A stretch of 64,000 nucleotides of DNA from Novosphingobium sp. (GTDB taxonomy: Bacteria; Pseudomonadota; Alphaproteobacteria; Sphingomonadales; Sphingomonadaceae): contig JAIVIY010000001.1 of assembly GCA_020200285.1 (NCBI GenBank), positions 4,031 to 68,030 on the forward strand, written 5' to 3'. How positions within the stretch are numbered: position 1 is the first letter of the stretch; the number at the start of each line of letters is the position of its first letter. The notes beneath the pieces are model-generated. The model was not told the DNA's origin, ran no database searches, and saw nothing but the letters and a program-made list of their open reading frames with translations. This document shows positions 18,456 to 29,195 of the stretch, piece after piece. The translations under genes were made by a program, and so were the position numbers.

Positions 18456-20450
18456 TCACAAGCCGAAGGGATAGGTCTCGGGGACGCCGGCATGCGGCTG
18501 GCGGGCGTCGAGCGCTTCGAGCGCGCGGGTCTCGTCGAACCACACGTAAGCGTCGAACTGCTCGGGCAGCACGGCCTCGCTGTAGTGGCTCCAGCGCTCG
18601 GTCTCGGGGCGGTAGATCACCCCGATGAAGCGCTCGAGCCGCGGCTCGGCGAGGCGCCGTCGCAGCGCGGCGTCGCCGCCCGCCAAGTCGAGCAGGAAGC
18701 TCCGCCCGGGCCCGAGATCCGAGGCTTCGTGGCAAACCCGCTCGTAGCTGTCGCGCCGCGAGGGGACTACGCGCTTGACCTCGCGCTCGCCGTCCCAGTC
18801 GCTCGCCGCCGAGACCGTGCCGGTGTGCGTGCCGAAGCCGACCAGCGCCACCTCGTCGCCCAGCTTCTCGCGGATCAGCTGGCCGATGTTGTGCTCGCCG
18901 CGGACCGCGCCCATGTCGGTCGCGCGAGCGTCGCCGATGTGGCTGTTGTGCGCCCAGACCAGCGCTTTGGCCTGGGGCCCGCGCGCCTCGAGCAAGCGCT
19001 CGAGCGTCTCGGCCATGTGCGCGTCGCGCAAGTTCCAGCTCTCGGCGCCGCCGTAGTACATCACGCGGTAGTATTTCTCGGCCGAGGCGACCAGCCGCGC
19101 GTTCATCGCCGCATCGAGCAGCCCGGCGCCCTCGCCGTCGGCCAAAGCCTGGTCGAGCAGCTCGCGGCATTGCTTGACCACCGCCGCCTCGCACTCGGCG
19201 TAGCCGGTGCTGAGCGCGACGCGGCCGTAAACCGAAGGATCGGTCTGCCACGGCGTGAGGCAGGCGTAGCGCTCGCGCGCCACCCGCGCGGCCTCGGGGT
19301 CGGACTTGTCGAGATAGGCCAGCACCGCCTCGATCGACCCGGCCATGTTGTAGATGTCGAGGCCGTAGAACCCGGCCTTGGCCTCGTCGGTACGGCCGTC
19401 GTTGAGCGCGCGCAGATCATGGATCAGCTCGACGATCACCGGGTTGCGCCACATCCAGGTCGGGAAGCGCCGGAACGGCTTGGGTGCGCCCGGACGCGGT
19501 GGGCCGTGACCGATGTAGCGGTCGATCGCCGCCGCATCGGGCCAGTCGGCCTCGACCGCGACGATGGTGAAGCCGTGATGCTCGACGAAGCGGCGGGTGA
19601 TCGCGGCGCGCGCGGCGTAGAACTCGTGCGTGCCGTGGCTCGCCTCGCCGAGCATGACGACGCGCTTGTCGGCGTAGCGGTCGAACGCCGCGGCGAAGGC
19701 GGGATCGTCGATCTCGGGCAACGGTTCGGCCGCTTCGGCGACGAGCTCCGCCAGCGTCTTCTCGACCGCCGGGCGGTGCACGCTGGCCGCGCGGGTGCCA
19801 TCCTCGGACAGACCGTGCGTTCCGATCAGCGGCACGAACCTCACCGCGCCGAGATCGCTGCTGTCCCAGCGGTCTTCGCCGGTTCGGGTGATCCGACACA
19901 GCTTCTGAACGTCCTCGCCGCCGACGGGGATCACCAGGTGCCCGCCGACCTTGAGCTGGCGCTTGAGCGCCTCGGGCACTTCGGGGCCGCGCGCGGCGAC
20001 GAGGATCGCGTCGAACGGCGCCTCGTCGGGCAGGCCGCCGCTGCCGTCGGCCGCGATGATCGTGACGTTGTCGTAACCCAGTCGGGCCAAGCGCAGCTCG
20101 GCCGCGTCGGCCAACGGCTTGTGCCGTTCGATCGCGAACACCCGGTCGGCGATCCGGCTGATCAGCGCCGCGGCGTAGCCCGAGCCGCCGCCGACCTCGA
20201 GCACGACGTCGCCGCGTGCGATCTCCGCCGCCTCGATCATCGCCGCGACGATATAGGGCTGCGAGATCGTCTGCCCTTCGCCGATCGGCAATGGGCCGTC
20301 GTCGTAGGCGAACTCGCGCAGGTTCTCGGGCACGAAGTCCTCGCGCGGCACCTCGCGGAAGGCGGCGAGGATGCCGGGATCGCGAATTCCGCGCGCGGCA
20401 AGGTGGCGTTCGACCATCGCCTCGCGGCGGCTCAGGACATCCTGCTCCAT
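18456..20450 (-). CDS. pcm: Protein-L-isoaspartate O-methyltransferase fused to an erythromycin-esterase-family domain
   Basis: PIGEGQTISQPYIV, VLEVGGGSGYAAA, APFDAI, VRFVPLI; then MLGEASHGTHEFY, VEADWPDA, FPTWMWRN, WAHNSHIGDA. Confidence 0.9.
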   Translation of the reverse strand: MEQDVLSRREAMVERHLAARGIRDPGILAAFREVPREDFVPENLREFAYDDGPLPIGEGQTISQPYIVAAMIEAAEIARGDVVLEVGGGSGYAAALISRIADRVFAIERHKPLADAAELRLARLGYDNVTIIAADGSGGLPDEAPFDAILVAARGPEVPEALKRQLKVGGHLVIPVGGEDVQKLCRITRTGEDRWDSSDLGAVRFVPLIGTHGLSEDGTRAASVHRPAVEKTLAELVAEAAEPLPEIDDPAFAAAFDRYADKRVVMLGEASHGTHEFYAARAAITRRFVEHHGFTIVAVEADWPDAAAIDRYIGHGPPRPGAPKPFRRFPTWMWRNPVIVELIHDLRALNDGRTDEAKAGFYGLDIYNMAGSIEAVLAYLDKSDPEAARVARERYACLTPWQTDPSVYGRVALSTGYAECEAAVVKQCRELLDQALADGEGAGLLDAAMNARLVASAEKYYRVMYYGGAESWNLRDAHMAETLERLLEARGPQAKALVWAHNSHIGDARATDMGAVRGEHNIGQLIREKLGDEVALVGFGTHTGTVSAASDWDGEREVKRVVPSRRDSYERVCHEASDLGPGRSFLLDLAGGDAALRRRLAEPRLERFIGVIYRPETERWSHYSEAVLPEQFDAYVWFDETRALEALDARQPHAGVPETYPFGL

Positions 20451-20487
20451 GCCGAACAGCCTTTCCAGCCAGCGGCGAATGGCGCCG

Positions 20488-20895
20488 TCAGGCAGCTTCG
20501 ATGACCCTGGCGATGTCCGGGCCCGGCATCCCGGTCAGCAGCTTGTCGAGCTCGCCGACGATCGCGGCTTGGGTTCCTTTGCCATAGTGCCGGCGCATCT
20601 CGCCCAGCGTGTCGGGATCGGCGACGACCAGCAGTTGCTCGATCCGGTTCTGGTCGACCGCGCGGTTGAGCCAGCCGGCGACCCCGGCGGCGTGATCGAG
20701 CTTGTCCTGGGTGCGCCAGGCGTCGCTCTTGGCGTCGGTGTCGTGGTGCCCGGACGCGCCGCTCTCGCCGAAGCCCTCGACCTCGGGCTCGGCTTCGAGC
20801 TCGAGCTCGGGCGCGAGGCCGGCGCCGCGGTTGCGCATCAGCAGGAAGCGCTCGCCGTCGACGACCGCGACGTGCGCGTTGGCGGGGAGTTGCAT
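20488..20895 (-). CDS. Host attachment family protein (baeRF12/AtsE-like)
   Basis: MQLPANAHVAVVDGERFLLMRN, LLVVADPDTLGEMR, GELDKLLT; GAGGAG RBS. Confidence 0.85.
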   Translation of the reverse strand: MQLPANAHVAVVDGERFLLMRNRGAGLAPELELEAEPEVEGFGESGASGHHDTDAKSDAWRTQDKLDHAAGVAGWLNRAVDQNRIEQLLVVADPDTLGEMRRHYGKGTQAAIVGELDKLLTGMPGPDIARVIEAA

Positions 20896-20921
20896 GCGGG
20901 TTCTCCTCTTTTGCGAGGGAG

Positions 20922-20946
20922 AACGGGCGAGCGCGGAGTTGGTGCC
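20922..20946 (-). promoter_or_regulatory. Putative EcfG promoter for the host-attachment/pcm operon
   Basis: Minus strand GGCAC-N16-CGTT, one mismatch to consensus. Confidence 0.55.
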
Positions 20947-20951
20947 AAGGC

Positions 20952-20980
20952 AAAGGGCCGGAGGATCGCTCCCCCGGCCC
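20952..20980 (-). terminator. Rho-independent terminator of groESL
   Basis: Minus strand GGGCCGGGGGAGCGATCCTCCGGCCC followed by TTT. Confidence 0.7.
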
Positions 20981-21007
20981 CGCTCGTCGTGTGTTGGGCA
21001 GTCGGGC

Positions 21008-22663
<1,656 letters not shown>

Positions 22664-22750
22664 TCAAGTCTCGAATGTTCCGAATGTTCGCAGTGGCCAT
22701 AAGGCCGAAGTCAGCCGACCCCGGCGTTCGCCGGGGCAGGCCATCGTTGG

Positions 22751-23038
22751 TCACCCAACGATGCCCAGGATGTCGCTTTCCTTCATGATCAGCAGGTCTT
22801 CGCCGTCGACCTTGACCTCGGTTCCCGACCACTTGCCGAACAGGATCCTGTCGCCGGCCTTGACGTCGCACGGGGTGATTTTGCCGTCGTCCGAGCGCGC
22901 GCCCGAGCCGACCGCGACGACTTCGCCCTCGCTCGGCTTTTCCTTGGCGCTGTCGGGAATGATGATCCCGCCGGCGGTCTTCTCTTCGGCTTCGATACGG
23001 CGCACGAGCACGCGGTCGTGCAGCGGACGGAAGTTCAT
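22751..23038 (-). CDS. groES: Co-chaperonin GroES
   Basis: [31 protein letters not shown]. Confidence 0.99.
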   Translation of the reverse strand: MNFRPLHDRVLVRRIEAEEKTAGGIIIPDSAKEKPSEGEVVAVGSGARSDDGKITPCDVKAGDRILFGKWSGTEVKVDGEDLLIMKESDILGIVG

Positions 23039-23073
23039 GGATTGCTCCCTTGCCTATGATCTAGAAATGCGCG

Positions 23074-23100
23074 TTGGCACTCGCCCGAGGCGAGTGCCAA
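23074..23100. promoter_or_regulatory. CIRCE element (HrcA operator)
   Basis: TTGGCACTC-N9-GAGTGCCAA upstream of groES. Confidence 0.95.
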
Positions 23101-23108
23101 CGGCGCGC

Positions 23109-23137
23109 ATATGGGAGGGTGGCGGCTGAGCGTCAAG
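23109..23137 (-). promoter_or_regulatory. RpoH (sigma32)-type promoter of groESL
   Basis: Minus strand CTTGAC...CCCATAT directly upstream of CIRCE. Confidence 0.75.
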
Positions 23138-23167
23138 CGCTGGCGCGCGCAAAAATTTATCCGCGGT

Positions 23168-24577
23168 TCAGGCGGCCGGCATCAGCCCGAGGCGCTCGCG
23201 CGCATTCCAGCGCCACAGCAGCAGCGCGGCGACGACCACCAGGCCCGCGGCGAGCCCGATCCAGACGCCGAGCCCCTCGAGCGGGGTGTAGAAGCCCAGC
23301 CAGATCGCGATCGCGAACCCCGCCGCCCAATAGCCGAACAGCGCGATCCACATCGGCACGCGGGTGTCCTGCAGCCCGCGCAGCGCGCCCGCCGCGACCG
23401 CCTGGGTGCCGTCGAACAGCTGGAACGCGGCGGCGACGATCAGGTACTGCAGCGCGAACCCGACCATCGCCGCCTTGGCCGGGTCGCCCGGATCGACGTA
23501 GAGGCTGAGCGCCAGCCCCGGCGCGATCAGGATCGTGCCCGCGGTCACCACCATGAACGAGCTGCCGAGGGCGATCGCCACCCAGCCCGCCCGCCCCGCC
23601 CCGGCGGCATCGCGCGCGCCGTAGAAGTAACCGACCCGGATGGTCGCCGCCTGGGCGATCCCGAACGGGATCTGGAAGGCGATCGCGGCGACCTGCAGCG
23701 CGACGGTGTGCCCGGCGAGCTCGGCCGGGCCGATCCGCCCGACCAGGAACGCCGCGCCGCTGAACAGCCCGGCCTCGGCGAGAATGGTCAGCGCGATCGG
23801 CCCGCCGATCCGGACGAGATCGCGCAGCCGCTGCCATTCGGGGCGCCAGAGCCGCCCGAGCAGGCGATAGCGGCGCAAGCCGCGGTCGCCGAACAGCACC
23901 GCGACATACGCGCCGAAGATGAACAGCGAGGTGACCACGCTGGCCAGCGCCGAGCCTTCGAGCCCCCACGCCGGGAACCCGAAATGGCCGAACACGAAGG
24001 CGTAGTTGGTCAGCGCGCTGACCCCCAGCGCGAGCCCGGTGATCGCGGTCGCGAACACCGGCCGGCCGAGCGCCGAGATCACGTTGCGCAGCACGTTGGC
24101 GGCGATCATCGGGATCATCGCCCACATGATGATCTTGAGGAACCCGTCGGCGAGGCGCGCGACTTGCGGGTCTTGGCCCGTCGCGCGCATGAACTGCTCG
24201 CCGGCGAGGCACAACGCCATCCCCGCAAGCCCGCTGACCGCCGCCAGCCACAGCCCCATCCGCGCCGAGCGGCGAACCTCGCGCACCGCGTGGCGGCGCC
24301 GCCCGAGCTCGGCCGCGACCAGCGCCGCGACCGCGCCGGTCAGCCCCGACAGGCACCACATCACCAGCCCGAAGATCGAGATCGACAGGCTCGCCGCAGC
24401 GAGCTCGTTCTCGCCGAGCCGGGCGACGAACATCACGTCGATCGCGTGGACCAGCATCTGCAGCAGGTTGGCGAGCGCGAGCGGCACCGCCAGCCGCAGC
24501 GTCGCCGCGAACTCGGCGCGGGTCGAGACCGGTTCCCCGGCGTGCATCGCGGCAATAGGGGCGGCTGCGTGCGGCAT
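23168..24577 (-). CDS. MATE family efflux transporter (NorM-like)
   Basis: LRLAVPL...DVMFVARLG..ELAA, FQIPFGIAQAATIRVG, FQLFDGTQAVAAGALRGLQDTRVP; start 24577 or 24547. Confidence 0.92.
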   Translation of the reverse strand: MPHAAAPIAAMHAGEPVSTRAEFAATLRLAVPLALANLLQMLVHAIDVMFVARLGENELAAASLSISIFGLVMWCLSGLTGAVAALVAAELGRRRHAVREVRRSARMGLWLAAVSGLAGMALCLAGEQFMRATGQDPQVARLADGFLKIIMWAMIPMIAANVLRNVISALGRPVFATAITGLALGVSALTNYAFVFGHFGFPAWGLEGSALASVVTSLFIFGAYVAVLFGDRGLRRYRLLGRLWRPEWQRLRDLVRIGGPIALTILAEAGLFSGAAFLVGRIGPAELAGHTVALQVAAIAFQIPFGIAQAATIRVGYFYGARDAAGAGRAGWVAIALGSSFMVVTAGTILIAPGLALSLYVDPGDPAKAAMVGFALQYLIVAAAFQLFDGTQAVAAGALRGLQDTRVPMWIALFGYWAAGFAIAIWLGFYTPLEGLGVWIGLAAGLVVVAALLLWRWNARERLGLMPAA

Positions 24578-24673
24578 AAAGCCGGCCCGGATAGGCTCGC
24601 GCGCCGCCGGGAGAAACGCTCGACCTCGCCGCGGGCGCGGATTTCCGCGGAATTGCGGCCTATCGGCAACACC

Positions 24674-24699
24674 GGAATACCGATCGCGGTTCGTGCGTT
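24674..24699 (+). promoter_or_regulatory. Putative EcfG promoter
   Basis: GGAAT-N17-CGTT upstream of a small hydrophilic ORF. Confidence 0.55.
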
Positions 24700-24734
24700 T
24701 AGAGGCCTGACCCTCGGGAAAAGGACTCAAGCCC

Positions 24735-24914
24735 ATGACCGACAACGATAATCGCAAGGACGGCCCCGAGCGCGGCGAGCTCCCCAGGCAACGCCAGGAC
24801 GATCGCGCCCGCCAGCAGGAAGCCCAGCAAGACGCGCAGCCCAACCGCAACACCCGCGACGACGGTCGCGGCCGCGACGCGAGTCGCACCGGGAGCGACA
24901 GCGACGCCGATTGA
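24735..24914 (+). CDS. 59-aa highly charged hydrophilin-like protein (not in ORF track)
   Basis: AAAAGGA RBS, ATG 24735, TGA 24912-24914; MTDNDNRKDGPERGELPRQRQDDRARQQEAQQDAQPNRNTRDDGRGRDASRTGSDSDAD. Confidence 0.7.
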   Translation: MTDNDNRKDGPERGELPRQRQDDRARQQEAQQDAQPNRNTRDDGRGRDASRTGSDSDAD

Positions 24915-25004
24915 AGCAAGTGAGTCGGTTTCGCGAGAGCTGACCGGATGAGCGGGTCCTGACCGTTCAGCTTGCGGTCAAGCGCGCGACCGCAGTCCGC
25001 GGCG

Positions 25005-25541
25005 ATGATCCGCACGCCGATTTTCGCCATCGCCGCCCTCGCCGCCGGGCTTTCCTCTCCCGCGCGTGCCGACGAGCTGTTCGCGGGCGGCTATGCCCAC
25101 GCGGTGGGTACGCCGTTGAGCTTCGACACCGGCGAAGGGGGCGTCGATCTCCAGCTTGGCTATCGATTCGACCGGATCGAGGAACTGAGCTTCCTCGGCA
25201 AGCCCGCGCCGTACATCGTCGGTTCGCTCAGCACTCGCGGCGACACCTCGTTCGCCGGGGTGGGGCTGAGCTGGCGCCTCGGCGGCGGGCGGTTCTACGC
25301 GAGGCCGGAGATCGGCGTGGTCGTCCATGACGGCCCGCGATTGAGGATCAGGCCCGACGGCACCCACACCGAGCTTGGCAGCAGGGTATTGTTCGAGCCG
25401 GGGATCGGCTTCGGCGCGCGGGTCTCGCCGCGGCTCTCGATCGAGGCGAGCTGGATTCACATCAGCCAGGCGCGGGTGTTCGATAGCAAGCAGAACCCGG
25501 GCATCGACATGTGGGGCGCCCGGCTCAACTGGAAGCTGTAG
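25005..25541 (+). CDS. PagL-family outer-membrane beta-barrel acyl hydrolase
   Basis: Signal peptide, LGSRVLFEP, W.HIS (catalytic HxS), NPGID.WG.RL ending in a terminal beta strand. Confidence 0.75.
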   Translation: MIRTPIFAIAALAAGLSSPARADELFAGGYAHAVGTPLSFDTGEGGVDLQLGYRFDRIEELSFLGKPAPYIVGSLSTRGDTSFAGVGLSWRLGGGRFYARPEIGVVVHDGPRLRIRPDGTHTELGSRVLFEPGIGFGARVSPRLSIEASWIHISQARVFDSKQNPGIDMWGARLNWKL

Positions 25542-25652
25542 GAAAGCGCCAATCCAGGATCCCGACCGCGCGGGCGGCGTCAGCAAATCTTGCGCGAGCT
25601 GAGGATGCGGTTGGCGGTGTCGGAGCTTGCGGCGATACTCCAGCGCGGCGCG

Positions 25653-26722
25653 CTAGTCGATGATCCCCACCGCTCGCCCCGCGCGCTCGAACATTCCGAG
25701 GATCGTCTCGACCTGCTCCGCGGTGTGCTCGGCGCACAGCGAGCAGCGCAGCAGGGTCATGTTGGCCGGGGTCGCCGGCGGGCGGGCGAGGTTGACGTAA
25801 AGGCCTTCCTTGAGCAGCGCTTCCCACATCGCCGCGCCGCGCTCGAGATCGGGCATGATCACCGCGATGATCGCCGACTGCGGCTCTTCGGTACCGAGCT
25901 GGAAGCCGCGCGCTTTGAGGCCGGCGTGGAGCGTCCTGGAATTCTCCCACAAGTGCGCGCGCTTGTTCGAGCCGCGCATCAGCTTGCGGATGCTGGTCGC
26001 GGCGGTGGCGACCACGCTCGGGGGCAGGCTCGCGGTGAACACGTAGGGGCGGCAGACCAGCCGCAGGATCTCGAACTTGGGGTGGTTGGAGACGCAGAAC
26101 CCGCCGACGGTGCCGACCGACTTGGAGAACGTGCCGATGACGAAGTCGACTTGGTCGAGGCAGCCCTGATCCTCGGCCACGCCGCGGCCGTTGGGGCCGA
26201 TGAAGCCCATCGAGTGCGCCTCGTCGACCAGCACCATCGCCCCCGCGGCCTTGGCGACACGGACCATTTCGCGGAGCGGGGAGATGTCGCCGAGCATCGA
26301 ATAGACGCCTTCGAGCACGACCAATTTGCCCGCGCCTTCGGGGATGCGGTTGAGGCGCTTTTCCATCGCCTCGATGTCGTTGTGCTTGAACGGAACGACT
26401 TCGGCGTCGCCCAGCTTGCACCCGTCCCAGATGCTGGCGTGGCTGTCGATATCGAGGACGATGTAGTCGCCCTTGCCGGCGATCGTCGAAATGATCCCGA
26501 GGTTGGCCTGGTAGCCGGTCGAGAACACCATCGCGTGGTCCATCGCGTAGAACTCGCAAAGCGCGTCCTCGACCGCCTTGTGCCCCGCATAGGTGCCGTT
26601 GAGCACGCGGCTGCCGGTGGTGCCCGAACCGAATTCGTCGAGCGCGCGCACTTGCTGAACAGGTCGGGGCCTGAGCCTTCCAGCACGCTCGGGCGGTCGG
26701 CTTCGTCTATTCCCTCGGTCAT
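25653..26722 (-). pseudogene. spt: Serine palmitoyltransferase, deletion and frameshift near 26650
   Basis: ATG 26722 overlaps the ACP stop. MTEG...PDLFSK then changes frame into RALDEFGSGTTGSRVLNGT, SHAS, DEAHSMG, GTFSKS (PLP Lys), LLRCSL. The LGTYNYMG-containing region is missing. Confidence 0.9.
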
Positions 26723-26958
26723 GATTGCAGCTTCGTCACCGCGTCGATCAACTGGCCGTAAGTCTCGATTTCGGCTTGCTGGTTCATGGTGATGATGATG
26801 TCGAACTCGTCCTCGATCGCCGCGACGAAATCCATCACCGTCAGGCTGTCCCACTCGAGGTCGCCGGCGAAAGTGGTCGCCTCGTCGATCGCGACGCCCT
26901 TCTTGTTGAACGGCGCGATGATCGCGGCGATCCGATCGGCGACGGCGTCGCGGTCCAT
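26719..26958 (-). CDS. Sphingolipid-pathway acyl carrier protein
   Basis: GDLEWDSLTVMDFVAAIEDEFDI; translationally coupled to spt (ATGA overlap). Confidence 0.9.
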   Translation of the reverse strand: MDRDAVADRIAAIIAPFNKKGVAIDEATTFAGDLEWDSLTVMDFVAAIEDEFDIIITMNQQAEIETYGQLIDAVTKLQS

Positions 26959-27071
26959 TGCGGTACTCCCCATGCGGCCTCCGGGGCGGGCCTGTGCCAT
27001 CCGAATACGGCCGAAAAGCGGCCCGTCCAGCGGCTTGTCAATCGTTACGCTTTTGTGTCATTCCTAAGCCC

Positions 27072-27689
27072 ATGGAAAAGCAGGGGGTTCAGCAGGATCG
27101 CGGGGCCGACGTGGTGCCGATCGACCCGACGGTCACGAGCGCTCCGACTGCGCCCGCGGCGACCCCGTCGATGCCCTCGCCGACCGGCTTCTCCAACCAC
27201 GCGATCCACCTCGTCCGCACCTCGATGCAGATGAACCTCGCGCTGTCGCAGATGGCCGACCAGAAGGCTTCGATCCTGATGGGAGCGACCTTCGTCGTGT
27301 TCACCATCGCGGTCGGCCAGGCGCGCGGCGGCGGCGATATCCCCTACAGCCTCGCGGTGCTGGCGCTGTTCGCCTTTCTCTCGGCGCTGTTCGCGGTGTT
27401 CGCGGTGCTGCCTTCGATCCGCCCGCCCAAGCAGAACGTGAGCCAGCTCAACAAGCTGTTCTTCGGCCATTTCACCCAGATGACCGAACAGGACTGGGCC
27501 GATGCGGTGGTCGACGACCTGCGCGCCGATGAAACCGTTTTCCGCGCGATGCTCCATGACGTCTATCAGAACGGTCAGGTGCTTCAGGGCAAGAAATACA
27601 AGTATCTGGGCCGGGCTTATCGGATCTTCATCGTCGGGCTCACGCTGACTTTGGCCACCTTCGTCGCCGAGAGCTTCAACCTGCTCTGA
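27072..27689 (+). CDS. DUF5706/PycTM (Pycsar effector family) membrane protein
   Basis: LSQMADQKASILMG, two TM helices, LP...N.LFFGHF, DVYQNGQVL..KKYKYL..AYRIF, third TM helix. Confidence 0.8.
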   Translation: MEKQGVQQDRGADVVPIDPTVTSAPTAPAATPSMPSPTGFSNHAIHLVRTSMQMNLALSQMADQKASILMGATFVVFTIAVGQARGGGDIPYSLAVLALFAFLSALFAVFAVLPSIRPPKQNVSQLNKLFFGHFTQMTEQDWADAVVDDLRADETVFRAMLHDVYQNGQVLQGKKYKYLGRAYRIFIVGLTLTLATFVAESFNLL

Positions 27690-27693
27690 TCGC

Positions 27694-28056
27694 TCAGACC
27701 AGCTTCCTGACCGCCGTCATGAACGGGCCGATCGATACCGGCTTGGCGAGGTAGCCGTCGGCCCCGGCCTGGCGGATGCGCTCCTCGTCGCCCTTGCCGG
27801 CATAAGCGGTGACCGCGAGCACCGGAATCGCGCGCAAGGTGCTGTCGCCCTTGATCGCCTCGATCAGCTCGAGCCCCGAGACGGTCGGCAGCTGGATGTC
27901 CATGATCACCAGGTTGGGGACGAACTCGCGGGTCCGTTCGAGCACCGTCTCGCCGTCGGCGACCGGCTCGACCGCGAAGCCGTTGGCGCGGAGCAAGTCG
28001 CAGAACAGCTTGCGGTTGAGGTCGTTGTCCTCGACAACGAGGATGCGCTTTGCCAT
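27694..28056 (-). CDS. divK: Single-domain response regulator DivK
   Basis: ILVVEDNDLNRKLFCDLL, IMDIQLP.VSGLE, IPVLAVTAYA.KGDEERIR; divergent DUF3572 neighbour. Confidence 0.88.
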   Translation of the reverse strand: MAKRILVVEDNDLNRKLFCDLLRANGFAVEPVADGETVLERTREFVPNLVIMDIQLPTVSGLELIEAIKGDSTLRAIPVLAVTAYAGKGDEERIRQAGADGYLAKPVSIGPFMTAVRKLV

Positions 28057-28084
28057 GCGCAGCCTCTATGCCGGGCTTACGAGG

Positions 28085-28363
28085 CTGACAATTCTCCGCG
28101 ACCGCTCATCCCCCGCCGCCGATCCGCAGGCGCTCGCTCTATCGGCGCTCGGCTGGGTGCTGGCCGACGACGACCGCGCCGCGCGCCTGCTCGCGCTGAC
28201 CGGGCTGACCCCCGCCGACTTGCGCGCCGGGCTGGGCGATCCCGCGGTGCTCGGCGCGGTGCTCGACTTCATCGCCGGGCACGAGCCCGACCTCGTGCTC
28301 GCCGCGCACGAGCTGGGGGTCGAGCCGCTGGCGCTGGTCCGCGCGCGGGATCGGCTGGCATGA
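28085..28363 (+). CDS. DUF3572 family protein
   Basis: ALALSALGWVL.DDDR..RLLALTGLTP.DLR....DP.VL.AVLDFI..HE.DL; start apparently non-canonical (CTG 28085 or ATT 28091). Confidence 0.85.
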   Translation: MTILRDRSSPAADPQALALSALGWVLADDDRAARLLALTGLTPADLRAGLGDPAVLGAVLDFIAGHEPDLVLAAHELGVEPLALVRARDRLA

Positions 28364-28737
28364 GCCGCCCGCTGATCGTCAGCGACTGCGACGAGGTGCT
28401 GCTGCACATGGTCGCCCCGTTCCGCGACTGGCTGGCCGAAACGCAGGGCGTCGAGTTCCGCATGGCGGGCAAAGATTTTTCGCAGGCGCTGCGATGGCTG
28501 GCAAGCGGCGAGCTGCTCACGCGGGCGGAAATCTGGGATCATCTCGGCCGCTTCTTCGATACCGAAATGCACCGCCAGACGCCGATCCCCGGCGCGCTTG
28601 AAGGCATTGCGGCGCTGTCCGACCACGCCGACGTGGTTGTGCTGACCAACATCCCAGACATATGCCAGGCGATGCGCGCTGCCTGGGACAGCGCGCTGCC
28701 GTGGCTGCTCGAGCGCATCGAAGGAGTGAACGCATGA
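28360..28737 (+). pseudogene. HAD-family hydrolase with probable in-frame internal deletion near 28680
   Basis: LIVSDCDEVLL (motif I) and VVVLTN (motif II), then an abrupt jump to the C-terminal WDSALPWLL; motifs III/IV absent; only 125 aa. Confidence 0.7.
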
Positions 28738-29195
28738 CTGTCGAAGCCAGGCTGGCCGAGCTCGGCCTGACGCTGCCCCAGCCCGCCGCGCCGGTCGCGG
28801 CCTATGTGCCCGTCGTCATCGCCAACGGGCTGGCGCACGTTTCGGGCCAGGTCTCGATGAAGGACGGCGCACTGATCAAGGGCCGGCTCGGCGAGGAGGT
28901 CAGCCTCGACGAGGGCATCGCCGCGGCGCAGGCCTGCGGGCTGATGATCGTCGCGCAATTGAAGGCCGCGCTCGGCGACCTCGGCCGGGTCGAGCGGATC
29001 GTCAAGCTGGGCGCGTTCGTCAACTCGACCGCCGACTTCACCGACCAGCCCAAGGTCGCCAACGGCGCCAGCGAGCTGATGGTCGCGCTGTTCGGCGAGG
29101 CCGGGCGCCACGCGAGGAGCGCGGTCGGCGTCCCGACATTGCCGTTGGGCGTCGCGGTGGAGATCGATGCGGTTGTCGCCGTTCGCGCCGATTGA
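28734..29195 (+). CDS. RidA/YjgF family protein
   Basis: PVAAYVP, VSGQ, VKLGAFVNS..DFTDQPKVANGASEL, HARSAVGV..LP..VAVE. Confidence 0.92.
   Translation: MTVEARLAELGLTLPQPAAPVAAYVPVVIANGLAHVSGQVSMKDGALIKGRLGEEVSLDEGIAAAQACGLMIVAQLKAALGDLGRVERIVKLGAFVNSTADFTDQPKVANGASELMVALFGEAGRHARSAVGVPTLPLGVAVEIDAVVAVRAD

Noticed and set aside
18456-19760. Macrolide resistance gene (ere)
   Set aside because: The domain is fused to PCM in a chromosomal stress context; family membership alone does not imply resistance.
27072-28056. Complete Pycsar defence system
   Set aside because: No cyclase gene is adjacent; the neighbours are ACP and divK.
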